IMG/VR virus record: IMGVR_UViG_3300045988_055689
Source: a virus
DNA length: 50,962 bases
Direction: 5' to 3' (one strand)
Both the position numbers and the translations under genes were made by a program. Positions 7,860 through 15,067 of this stretch are shown here, one piece after another. Each line of letters opens with the position of its first letter. Positions within the stretch are counted from its first letter, which is position 1. The notes below the pieces were generated by a model. That model was given only the letters and a program-made list of their open reading frames with translations. It had not been told where the DNA came from and did no database searches.

Positions 7860-7997
7860 TTCAATCTCCTGTTTGTCCTATGTCCTGATCGGAAAGCAAC
7901 TCGTCTACTGTTGCGACAAGGTAGAAGAATTCTTCTGAACAACCCGATCAAGTGCATCTCACCCAGAAGGTCAGCAGTCCACTTTGCTGGCATACCA

Positions 7998-8026
7998 TTG
8001 TCACCTTCTTTCTGTTTTGGTAGAAT
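7998..8026 (+). promoter_or_regulatory. Sigma-A-type promoter with extended -10 (TTGTCA-17-TGgTAGAAT)
   Basis: Read directly. Confidence 0.55.
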
Positions 8027-8047
8027 AGCCGCAAAGGAGGTATAAAA

Positions 8048-8479
8048 ATGGAAAATGAATTAGTTAATGCGATATCTATTAACACCACTATCATTGCATC
8101 TGTAGTTTCTATTGCTGCCGTTTCTATTTGCTCCGTTCTTTCGGCTTTCATAACCCAACGTGGAGCACGGAAAGCAAAACAGGCAGAATTGATACTTCAG
8201 GAGACGATTTCTGCCTATTACGAACTGCTGAAAGTAGGCGGTGAATTTTCTGATGCCTTCAATCAACAACAGGTGACCAGATTTATGGACGCTTATACAA
8301 AAGCGCTTCTGTTCGCGTCACCTGGATCTGCTGAACTGATACGCTCATATAAAGATAGCATCACACTTATTTCCACTATGAAATTGAATCCACCCCCAAA
8401 TTTTTCAAAGTTACTTTCTGAATATGAAGAAATTACAGAAAATTTGGTAATCTCTATGCAAAAAGATTTAAGAAAGTAA
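8048..8479 (+). CDS. Membrane-anchored helical protein of unknown function (accessory)
   Basis: 143 aa. RBS AAAGGAGG. N-terminal TM helix IIASVVSIAAVSICSVLSAFI followed by a helical soluble domain. Confidence 0.6.
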   Translation: MENELVNAISINTTIIASVVSIAAVSICSVLSAFITQRGARKAKQAELILQETISAYYELLKVGGEFSDAFNQQQVTRFMDAYTKALLFASPGSAELIRSYKDSITLISTMKLNPPPNFSKLLSEYEEITENLVISMQKDLRK

Positions 8480-8650
8480 GTCATGTACCATGACCACCAA
8501 GAGCATGACTGTCAGTATCAGTGACGGTAGCGCAATGAGCCAAGGTTTGTTGCTCTCCGGATGTTGCTTTATAATGTCGCATGATATTAGAGAAGAAAAC
8601 ATAAACGCTAATGACATGATTAGATAAATCAGTAAGCGCACTGTCAGCAC
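8468..8650 (-). CDS. 60-aa two-TM hydrophobic protein
   Basis: GTG start 9 nt after GAGGGGGGG. It converges on 8048-8479 with a 12-nt overlap. Confidence 0.4.
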   Translation of the reverse strand: MLTVRLLIYLIMSLAFMFSSLISCDIIKQHPESNKPWLIALPSLILTVMLLVVMVHDLLS

Positions 8651-8775
8651 TGATGCTTACCCCCCCTCATGCACCTTGATCTTCAGAATGTGCAAACAGC
8701 TCACGTTTTTTTGAAATTTAGCTTTTCCCTCCATGCTTTTCTGTGTTACAATCCAGAAAGAAGGGAGGTGAAACT

Positions 8776-9111
8776 GTGGAAATTAACCTAACAAAAGATG
8801 CAGATAAGGCTATTTGTTTGATTTATAAGGAATATCTCGCAAGGAGAGAATCCGGGGCATCGAAGAAGACTGCAAAAGATTTTTCTTCCCGCGACCAATG
8901 GCCTGAATCTTTTCCGAAAGATGCTGGATTCCCGGACTTTTTAGAATCGCTAAACGAACTCAAGTCGAAGGGGTTCGTGAAGAGATTTGTCCTCGGAGGC
9001 TTCCAACTTGAAGATGAAGGAATCATCTACATGGAACAGAGATTTCCGGGCGGTATTTCTCAAATCCTTGATTGGCTCGGCAAAATCAAGTCCGCTATTC
9101 CGTTTGCATAG
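8776..9111 (+). CDS. Hypothetical protein, possibly winged-helix-like (accessory)
   Basis: GTG start after GAAGGGAGGTGA. Extended -10 TGtTACAAT at 8744-8752. Confidence 0.5.
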   Translation: MEINLTKDADKAICLIYKEYLARRESGASKKTAKDFSSRDQWPESFPKDAGFPDFLESLNELKSKGFVKRFVLGGFQLEDEGIIYMEQRFPGGISQILDWLGKIKSAIPFA

Positions 9112-9274
9112 GGACTGCACCGTAATTCTCAATATCTACATTTTCAACGATGACTCGGAGCTCCACCTCCGGGTCTTCGCCTGCTTTTGCGATGATTTTG
9201 AACCCAGTGCAACACACGATCTCTTTTTCTCCAAGAAATATTTTGTCTTTTGTTACTCTAAAAGTGTCCATCAT
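9095..9274 (-). CDS. 59-aa hypothetical protein
   Basis: Start MMDTFRV after GAGGAGGTGAGA. It converges on 8776-9111 with a 17-nt overlap. Confidence 0.45.
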   Translation of the reverse strand: MMDTFRVTKDKIFLGEKEIVCCTGFKIIAKAGEDPEVELRVIVENVDIENYGAVPMQTE

Positions 9275-9283
9275 TCTCACCTC

Positions 9284-9331
9284 CTCAATCAATTTGCGTG
9301 TGCAGTTATTTTAGGCTTTGCTTCTGCTGCC
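9284..9331. repeat. Conserved 48-nt leader element, copy A (42/48 identical to 10131-10178)
   Basis: ctcaatcaatttgcgtgtgcagttattttaggctttgcttctgctgcc compared with ctcactcaatttgcgtgtgcggttattttatgatctgcttctgctgct. Both copies sit immediately 5' of small minus-strand genes. Confidence 0.8.
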
Positions 9332-9368
9332 CTCTATCATTGGAGGGCTTCCTTTTCTCTCTTGGTGC

Positions 9369-9405
9369 TGCTATCTTCTGAAAGAAGCTCGTCCACCGTC
9401 ACGCC
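9369..9405 (-). pseudogene. Relic of the 3' end of an XRE repressor gene
   Basis: tgctatcttctgaaagaagctcgtccaccgtcacgcc aligns with 10761-10800, the C-terminus of the 10732-10953 repressor, with one 3-nt indel and 3 mismatches. It reads ...GVTVDELLSEDSS and has no N-terminal part. Confidence 0.55.
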
Positions 9406-9409
9406 GTTC

Positions 9410-9438
9410 TTGTTCGCCTCCCGCGTCCGTGGTATACT
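9410..9438 (+). promoter_or_regulatory. Sigma-A-type promoter with extended -10 (TTGTTC-17-TGgTATACT)
   Basis: Read directly. Confidence 0.5.
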
Positions 9439-9455
9439 TGCGGTGAGGAGGCGAT

Positions 9456-9953
9456 ATGATGATTTTAATTGCTGTTTTGTGCATCATAGTTATTTACTGT
9501 TCTATCAATGCTGCACGGTATCTTCTTACAAGGCATTACCACAAATTGTTTTTGTCAAAGGATTTGCGGCTCCCTCAGTTCACTGCGCCGGTCGAACGAC
9601 TTTTTGATATTGCCGGAACTAATAAAATTTTTGCGTCTGGTGCTTATGCTGGTCAAAAAATATCCTATTGCCTATCCGTCCCGCAGTATGAAGTGTATTT
9701 AGACCGAACATTCCAACAAACCATGGGGATATTTAAGTTTCGAGCTGTAAACAGCTTTAATCCTTTTTATTGGTTCGGCTTACCCGGACGAACCTTAAAA
9801 TCGTTTAATATTTGCCTCCAAAATCCAATAAATGCAATCATTTCTGCATTGGTATGGGTTGTTAGCGTGGTTCTTGCATACAAGTTGGAAATTGCTTTGG
9901 ACAACGGCCTTCTCGAAGAATTACATGCAATCTGTCGTAACATTCTAAAATGA
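9456..9953 (+). CDS. Membrane protein of unknown function (accessory)
   Basis: 165 aa. RBS GAGGAGG. An N-terminal TM helix and a C-terminal TM helix (IISALVWVVSVVLAY). Confidence 0.55.
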   Translation: MMILIAVLCIIVIYCSINAARYLLTRHYHKLFLSKDLRLPQFTAPVERLFDIAGTNKIFASGAYAGQKISYCLSVPQYEVYLDRTFQQTMGIFKFRAVNSFNPFYWFGLPGRTLKSFNICLQNPINAIISALVWVVSVVLAYKLEIALDNGLLEELHAICRNILK

Positions 9954-10128
9954 AGTTGTGTGTCTCCTGCCTTCTTTTAAATGTCATTACATGTTCCAAC
10001 GCGGAAATTTCTGTCTCCATAGCTACACTTAATTTGAGTTTCAATATGTCCAATTCATCTGCATCCGGCGAAATTAAAAAGTGTTTGCCCGCAATAGTCG
10101 TTTCAACAAGATCATCCACAAATGTCAC
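9862..10128 (-). CDS. Hypothetical protein (start may be the second GTG at 10119)
   Basis: GTG starts follow GAGTGAGGGG. It overlaps convergent 9456-9953 by 92 nt, so its true extent is uncertain. Confidence 0.3.
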   Translation of the reverse strand: MTFVDDLVETTIAGKHFLISPDADELDILKLKLSVAMETEISALEHVMTFKRRQETHNFILECYDRLHVILREGRCPKQFPTCMQEPR

Positions 10129-10130
10129 CC

Positions 10131-10178
10131 CTCACTCAATTTGCGTGTGCGGTTATTTTATGATCTGCTTCTGCTGCT
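10131..10178. repeat. Conserved 48-nt leader element, copy B
   Basis: See 9284-9331. Confidence 0.8.
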
Positions 10179-10225
10179 TCTCCATAGCGATCACGCCCTC
10201 GGAGTAGCCCTACATGCATTCTTTC

Positions 10226-10254
10226 TTGCCCCTCATCCCTCGTCATGATAGAAT
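10226..10254 (+). promoter_or_regulatory. Sigma-A-type promoter with extended -10 (TTGCCC-17-TGaTAGAAT)
   Basis: Read directly. Confidence 0.5.
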
Positions 10255-10285
10255 ATAAGCAACAATAAAAAAGGGGGGAGAAGAC

Positions 10286-10663
10286 ATGGCCTATAGCCAC
10301 AAAGACATACCAAGTAAAACATTAAAATTGCTTGAATCTGTTTTAGAAAATGATGGGAAAATCCAAACACTTTTAGCTGTCAACGGCTGTTCCGATGATG
10401 AGAACTGGGCAAGAATCAATGAGTTAAAAGAGCTTGGGTTCATCTTCGAAGGCCAGGGCTATGATGATAATGGGAATCCGTGTGGAGGAGCATTATTTAT
10501 CACAAACGAAGGAAAAGCGTTCCTATCGGATGTAAAAGAAAACCGCTCTGCACGAAGACGTGAGATTGTTTCCAATGTCCTCATTTCGGCTCTGACAGCT
10601 GGCTTAGTAGCATGGGGACCCAGTATACTGAGCTGGCTACGAGAGCTGATATCGCAATCGTAA
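10286..10663 (+). CDS. Hypothetical protein with C-terminal TM anchor (accessory)
   Basis: 125 aa. RBS AAGGGGGGAG. The C-terminal stretch VLISALTAGLVAWGPSILSWL is hydrophobic. Confidence 0.55.
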   Translation: MAYSHKDIPSKTLKLLESVLENDGKIQTLLAVNGCSDDENWARINELKELGFIFEGQGYDDNGNPCGGALFITNEGKAFLSDVKENRSARRREIVSNVLISALTAGLVAWGPSILSWLRELISQS

Positions 10664-10678
10664 TCAACCTATCGAGCG

Positions 10679-10720
10679 CCCGTCTGTGATTCCGCACATC
10701 ACAGACGGGTTTCTTCCTTT
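10679..10720 (+). terminator. Intrinsic terminator (12-bp perfect stem, T-rich tail)
   Basis: cccgtctgtgat/atcacagacggg (10679-10690/10698-10709) followed by tttcttcctttt. Confidence 0.7.
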
Positions 10721-10731
10721 TGGGAGACATA

Positions 10732-10953
10732 TTATCTGTTACCTCCTCGAACACATTCCTTGCTATCATCCTCTGCAAGAAGCTCGTCCACGGTCACGCC
10801 AAAGTAGTCCGCTACTTTCTTGATTGTTTCAATGCGTGGAGAAGATGTCTTCCATTTTCCAATCGTTCCATTTCCAATCTCAGTAGCAGTCTCTAACGCC
10901 CAAACACTCACCCCTCTTTCGCTACAAAGGCGCTTTACATTATTAAAAAGCAC
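10732..10953 (-). CDS. XRE-family HTH regulator (Cro-like by size and orientation toward the early operon)
   Basis: 73 aa. GTG start after GGAGGTG. LCSERGVSVWALETATEIGNGTIGKWK is an XRE-type HTH. Confidence 0.75.
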   Translation of the reverse strand: MLFNNVKRLCSERGVSVWALETATEIGNGTIGKWKTSSPRIETIKKVADYFGVTVDELLAEDDSKECVRGGNR

Positions 10954-10983
10954 TTTTTCACCTCCCTATTTACTAGAAAAAAC

Positions 10984-11012
10984 TTGACGAACTTTAGAAA
11001 ATAGTCTATTAT
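10984..11012 (+). promoter_or_regulatory. Rightward switch promoter TTGACG-17-TATTAT with TAGAAAA operator half-site in the spacer
   Basis: Read directly. It points toward the 11163 gene. Confidence 0.5.
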
Positions 11013-11090
11013 TGTCTTGTCAGGATAAATAACTATTTCGAAAGCTCTAAGTGGTGGAGGGCTTGGTTTTTTGTACCCTCTGTACTTTCT

Positions 11091-11119
11091 ATAATACTAG
11101 AAAATTTTCTACCTGTCAA
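11091..11119 (-). promoter_or_regulatory. Leftward switch promoter TTGACA-17-TATTAT; spacer contains the 14-bp palindrome TAGAAAATTTTCTA (11098-11111)
   Basis: Read directly on the reverse complement. It points toward the 10953 gene and faces the rightward promoter. Confidence 0.5.
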
Positions 11120-11162
11120 GATATTTTTCTAGTATTTTTCTAGCTATTTTATGAGGTGTAAA

Positions 11163-11552
11163 ATGCTCACGAATGAGGAGATAGTTGAGAAAATTCGCGA
11201 ACTCGCAAGGCAAAAGAATACTTCTTTAACCGATATTGAAAAAAATCTCGCTTGGTCTAATGGAAGAATAGGAAAATGGAAGCATGCAAAAAAAGGTCCG
11301 CAAAAACAAGATTTAGAACTTGTATCAAGAGAGCTAAAAGTGCCCGTTGAAGTCATTACTGGAGAGCAAAAAGGAAAGCTCGCCTCCACACTTGGAGACG
11401 AGCTTGAAGAAGCCATTATTATTGGGCGAGATGGAAAGAAAATTAAACGGACTTATACAAAAGATCAAATGGACGCACTCAGAAAAGTCATTGATGTTAT
11501 GCCATTTGTCAACGACGAAGAGATATTTGATGGTTCGCTAGATGATTTTTAA
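11163..11552 (+). CDS. XRE-family repressor (CI/ImmR-like, with C-terminal extension)
   Basis: Start at MLTNEEIV. LARQKNTSLTDIEKNLAWSNGRIGKWK is an HTH. 129 aa. Confidence 0.7.
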   Translation: MLTNEEIVEKIRELARQKNTSLTDIEKNLAWSNGRIGKWKHAKKGPQKQDLELVSRELKVPVEVITGEQKGKLASTLGDELEEAIIIGRDGKKIKRTYTKDQMDALRKVIDVMPFVNDEEIFDGSLDDF

Positions 11553-12174
11553 TAAATGACTCAAACTGCTTGTAAACTTTCCATTCAGTTGATGATCTAA
11601 AAAAATAAGAATATCCTCTTTCGGCCATATACTGATCGTCTAGCTTATAAAGTTTCTTTAACCTTTCGCGGCATATGTTTGCAGCTTGCAAACTGACTCC
11701 GCAAGAGGATGCAATTGCATAGGTGCCATCTATTTTGAGCGCGCGCAGTATGCAAGCCGGGGTCAACAATTGAGCAGCAAACGAATTCGCTTCTATTTCA
11801 TCAGAGTCGTTTTTTGATCCCGGTTCTCTTCTGACTGCTCCATCTGTATTCGCGTGGCCGAGCGCAAAGTGTCCAATTTCATGCGCAATTGTAAAGTTTC
11901 GCCGTCCTTTTGACTGTTGTTGGTTGTAAAATGCTATTGCAAAATCATCTATTTGGAATAGGAAACCGTCCGCGCCGATTGCGTATTGCACAAGTCCAAA
12001 TTTTTGAATGATTCTATATCCTTGACTATATGAAAACAAACCAATACCTAAGCCTTTACAAACCTTTTGGAGATCAACCGGCAATTCGCAAATCCCGCAC
12101 TTTAGTAGGACATCCCAAGCTGTCATGTTATCCTCCGTTAGTCGAACATTTGTTCTTTTGTTGGATAATAGCAT
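11509..12174 (-). CDS. immA: ImmA/IrrE-family metallopeptidase (anti-repressor protease)
   Basis: HEIGHFALGH (HExxH) and EANSFAAQLLTP. Start chosen at MLLSNK; an alternative ATG lies at 12198. Confidence 0.8.
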   Translation of the reverse strand: MLLSNKRTNVRLTEDNMTAWDVLLKCGICELPVDLQKVCKGLGIGLFSYSQGYRIIQKFGLVQYAIGADGFLFQIDDFAIAFYNQQQSKGRRNFTIAHEIGHFALGHANTDGAVRREPGSKNDSDEIEANSFAAQLLTPACILRALKIDGTYAIASSCGVSLQAANICRERLKKLYKLDDQYMAERGYSYFFRSSTEWKVYKQFESFIKNHLANHQISLRR

Positions 12175-12361
12175 AACACCTGTAGATTTATAAATCAATC
12201 AGCATATTTTCACAATTCTTTCCATTTATATTTTGTATTGACCTATATCTAGTGGTCTTTACTTTTATACCACAATTTTACTTTTTAAAATAGGTTTCCA
12301 TTTTAGTGAAAAGCCGCCGTCAGGAATCCCCTGGCGGCGTGATCTTAGGAGGTGCGCATTT

Positions 12362-13702
12362 GTGAAACGGGCTGCGTTATATATTCGAGTCAGTACAGAA
12401 GAGCAGGCCCGGCACGGCCTATCTCTGGAGGACCAAAAAAACAACCTGACTCAATTTTCAAAATCTCACGGAATGAAGATTGCTGGCATCTATGAAGATG
12501 CTGGCATTTCCGCCAGAAAACCATACAAGAAACGCCCTGCTCTCTTGCGTTTACTTGAAGATTGTAAGGCTGGGAAGATTGATCTGATCTTGTTCATAAA
12601 GCTGGACAGATGGTTTAGAAATGTGGGGAACTACTATGCCGTTCAAGAAATCCTAGACCAATACAATGTATCTTGGCAGGCGACACAAGAGGATTATGAG
12701 ACGACAACCGCATCCGGACGGCTGAAAGTAAATATCATGTTGTCTGTTGCCCAAGATGAAGCAGATCGGACCAGTGAGCGCATTAAGTTCGTATTTGAGG
12801 GAAAGCGGGCGCGGCTGGAGCCTCTTACCGGGAATATACCTTTTGGTTACAAAATTGAAGGGAAGGCATTCAAAAAGGATGAATCTAAAGAGGCTCTTGT
12901 TAATGATTTCTTTAAGAAGTATCTAGCCTCCGGTTCTATTTCAAAAACTTCCGAATTTATCAGAGAAAAATACGGTATTTCAATGAGATACCATCTCATT
13001 GATAAGATGCTGCGCAGCACCACATATTACGGGAAATATTACAATATGGACGGAATGTGTCCTGCCTATATCACTAAAGAAGATCATGAGAAGATTCAGG
13101 CTATGCGGAGAAAGGTTGTCCGAAAAGCAAAGAACAATCGAACCTATCTGTTTTCTGGATTGGTGGTTTGCCCAGAGTGTGGGAACAGGATGGGCGCTCG
13201 CATTAACACAAAGCAGACGTATGTGTTCTATAACTGCAACGGGCATTATACAAAACAAAACGGATGCCAAAACCGCGTCAATCTGGGGGAAAGGAAAATT
13301 GAAGAGTATCTTCTTGCGACGGTAGATAACAAATTCCATGAGTACAAGGCCAATTTCTCTGCCCTTAAAAATGCAGAAATAAACAAGAGGGCACGCGCAG
13401 AAATCTCCGCCGCAAAATCAAAGTTAAATAAGTTGAAAGATTTGTATCTGAATGACATTATCACGCTCGAAGAATTAAAGGCTGACCGTGAATCACTTCT
13501 CGCAAAAATTAGTGATTTAGAGAAAGCTGCACTCCCTGAACAAAAGCAGGACTTTGAGAGCATTGATAGGGTGTTGATTGAAAACTGGAAGGAATCTTAC
13601 GACGGACTCAACCGAGAAGAAAAACGAGAATTTTGGCGGATTATTATCAAAGAAATCAAAATTTACCCTGATAGGCACATAGAATATTCCTTAAATGTTT
13701 GA
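12362..13702 (+). CDS. Large serine recombinase (phage integrase)
   Basis: 446 aa. GTG start after AGGAGGTG. AALYIRVSTEEQ resolvase catalytic domain, a recombinase domain, the CPECGN...YNCNG zinc ribbon and a coiled coil. Confidence 0.9.
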   Translation: MKRAALYIRVSTEEQARHGLSLEDQKNNLTQFSKSHGMKIAGIYEDAGISARKPYKKRPALLRLLEDCKAGKIDLILFIKLDRWFRNVGNYYAVQEILDQYNVSWQATQEDYETTTASGRLKVNIMLSVAQDEADRTSERIKFVFEGKRARLEPLTGNIPFGYKIEGKAFKKDESKEALVNDFFKKYLASGSISKTSEFIREKYGISMRYHLIDKMLRSTTYYGKYYNMDGMCPAYITKEDHEKIQAMRRKVVRKAKNNRTYLFSGLVVCPECGNRMGARINTKQTYVFYNCNGHYTKQNGCQNRVNLGERKIEEYLLATVDNKFHEYKANFSALKNAEINKRARAEISAAKSKLNKLKDLYLNDIITLEELKADRESLLAKISDLEKAALPEQKQDFESIDRVLIENWKESYDGLNREEKREFWRIIIKEIKIYPDRHIEYSLNV

Positions 13703-13719
13703 AAAATTTTTAATGAATT

Positions 13720-13770
13720 TTATTACTTAATATTTCTCCCTGTGTAGTTGCGATAATATTATGTAATAAA
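13720..13770. other. Candidate attP region (weak call)
   Basis: AT-rich spacer directly 3' of the integrase gene. It has an imperfect inverted repeat, ttaatatt (13727-13734) / aatattat (13755-13762). Confidence 0.2.
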
Positions 13771-13797
13771 ATCCCCGCCCTCACAAGAGAGCGGGGA
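13765..13797 (-). terminator. Intrinsic terminator ending the late/accessory minus-strand transcript
   Basis: tccccgc/gcgggga stem. On the minus strand it is followed by attttatt. Confidence 0.55.
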
Positions 13798-13803
13798 CTA
13801 TCG

Positions 13804-14565
13804 TCAGTGCTTCACGACAAACTCATAGTACCGAGCGAGTTTGTCCGGAGCGGCGTCCTGGTCGTCCAGAAACGCTTTCGCAATTTCGGCATAGAAGTCG
13901 ATGTTGCTGACATTGAGCTTCTTGGCGACCTTGCTGTAATCGGAATAGACCATGTTCATGGCCGCGTAGAACTCCGCAGGGTCGCAGTTGATACCGCGCT
14001 GCGTCATGATCTGGTTGGTCTGCTCCATCGTCCAGTGAGGGCCCGTGGTGCCGTCCTCGTTTTTCATTTCACGAGTCCACTCCTCCGCCATCTCTTTGCT
14101 GAACGGGGCGACGCCGGAGCCATAGCCGTGGCCGCTCACGCGCTCGCCTCCGCGGCGGTATGCCATCTCGTCACCGCGATAATCGTGGCTGAACTCAGGC
14201 GGGATTTTGTTCATCTCCCCCTCCATGGAAAAGCCAATCTTATTCATCGGACGCAGAGAGTAATCCTGGTCATAGTGGCGCATGGAACCATCCTGATAGA
14301 CCGGGGGCACGTAGGGCGTCATGCGGTAATGGGATTCCGGGCCATAGTTCCCGTGCAGGTGTTCGTCGTAGTAGCTCATAGGAGCATACCGGCCATTGTC
14401 ATAGTGTTCCCGGCCCCGGCGGTCACGGAATTTGTCCTCTACCCACATCTCGCTTTCACCGCGAGGCGCAAAGCGGCCGTCGGAATACCGACGATACCCA
14501 CGATCTTCCACATCGTAGTTCCTGCGGCTGCCGGACATCAGCATCATTCGTGTAGATTTTTTCAT
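13804..14565 (-). CDS. Arg/Tyr/Asp/Gly-rich protein with conserved-looking C-terminal domain (unknown function)
   Basis: 253 aa. The N-terminal ~150 aa are low complexity (RRNYDVEDRGYRRYSDGRF...). The C-terminus is EEWTREMKNEDGTTGPHWTMEQT...FYAAMNMVYSDY...KLARYYEFVVKH. Confidence 0.6.
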   Translation of the reverse strand: MKKSTRMMLMSGSRRNYDVEDRGYRRYSDGRFAPRGESEMWVEDKFRDRRGREHYDNGRYAPMSYYDEHLHGNYGPESHYRMTPYVPPVYQDGSMRHYDQDYSLRPMNKIGFSMEGEMNKIPPEFSHDYRGDEMAYRRGGERVSGHGYGSGVAPFSKEMAEEWTREMKNEDGTTGPHWTMEQTNQIMTQRGINCDPAEFYAAMNMVYSDYSKVAKKLNVSNIDFYAEIAKAFLDDQDAAPDKLARYYEFVVKH

Positions 14566-14577
14566 GAGACTACCTCC

Positions 14578-14973
14578 TTACGCCGTAGGGGCGGGAGCGG
14601 CGCCGCCGTCAATGCTGGCAAGGTTGTTATTGGGAGCGCAGCAAGGCTGGCCCAGCATCCGGAAAGAGCCGCCGGTGGGGGTAGTCACTACACAGACAGA
14701 GTAGCGGGTGCGGGTTCGAATGCCGCAGGCGGTGACCTGCGCACAGTTGCACTTGGTCAGCGGGTAAAGCGTAGTCCCCGTTCCAATTGTAACATATACC
14801 GGCGCATTGATGGTAGTGGTATCCGGAATAGCCTGGGCAACGACGATGCAGTACTTCTCTCCATTGTTATAAGCTCCGGCAGGTAGATTGATCTCCAAGT
14901 TCCCACCGGTAAAGGTGACGGCCTGGGAGAGGACCAGGCGATCACACAGCTTGCATACAGGCTTACAAGACAT
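14578..14973 (-). CDS. Cys-rich 131-aa protein (unknown function)
   Basis: Start at MSCKPVCKLCD after GGAGGAG. About 10 Cys, including CNC and CC pairs. Confidence 0.55.
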   Translation of the reverse strand: MSCKPVCKLCDRLVLSQAVTFTGGNLEINLPAGAYNNGEKYCIVVAQAIPDTTTINAPVYVTIGTGTTLYPLTKCNCAQVTACGIRTRTRYSVCVVTTPTGGSFRMLGQPCCAPNNNLASIDGGAAPAPTA

Positions 14974-14984
14974 ATTACTCCTCC

Positions 14985-15022
14985 AAAAAATCAGGGGCAG
15001 CAGACGTTCAGCCTGCCGCCCC
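14985..15022 (-). terminator. Intrinsic terminator/attenuator inside the low-complexity cluster
   Basis: A 10-bp stem (15022-15013/15003-14994) has one pair that is G-U only on the minus strand. It is followed by tgatttttt. Confidence 0.6.
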
Positions 15023-15067
15023 GAAATAGTCACGGCAAAGCCGGAAGATGTAAGTGGTTCTTACCGA

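Noticed and set aside
8823-9607. Several 60-206-aa ORFs in alternative frames across the accessory island
   Set aside because: They overlap RBS-supported genes, cross intergenic promoters and hairpins, and have low-complexity Ser/Phe/Cys-rich translations.
10581-10778. 65-aa minus-strand ORF spanning the 10679-10709 terminator
   Set aside because: It runs through a 12-bp hairpin terminator and overlaps two better genes. It has no RBS.
12315-12339. Perfect-looking inverted repeat just upstream of the integrase as attP
   Set aside because: It is a 10-bp GC stem with a 5-nt loop followed by a U-tract on the minus strand. That fits a terminator insulating the prophage end better than a 40-50-bp serine-integrase attP. 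The location of attP remains unresolved.
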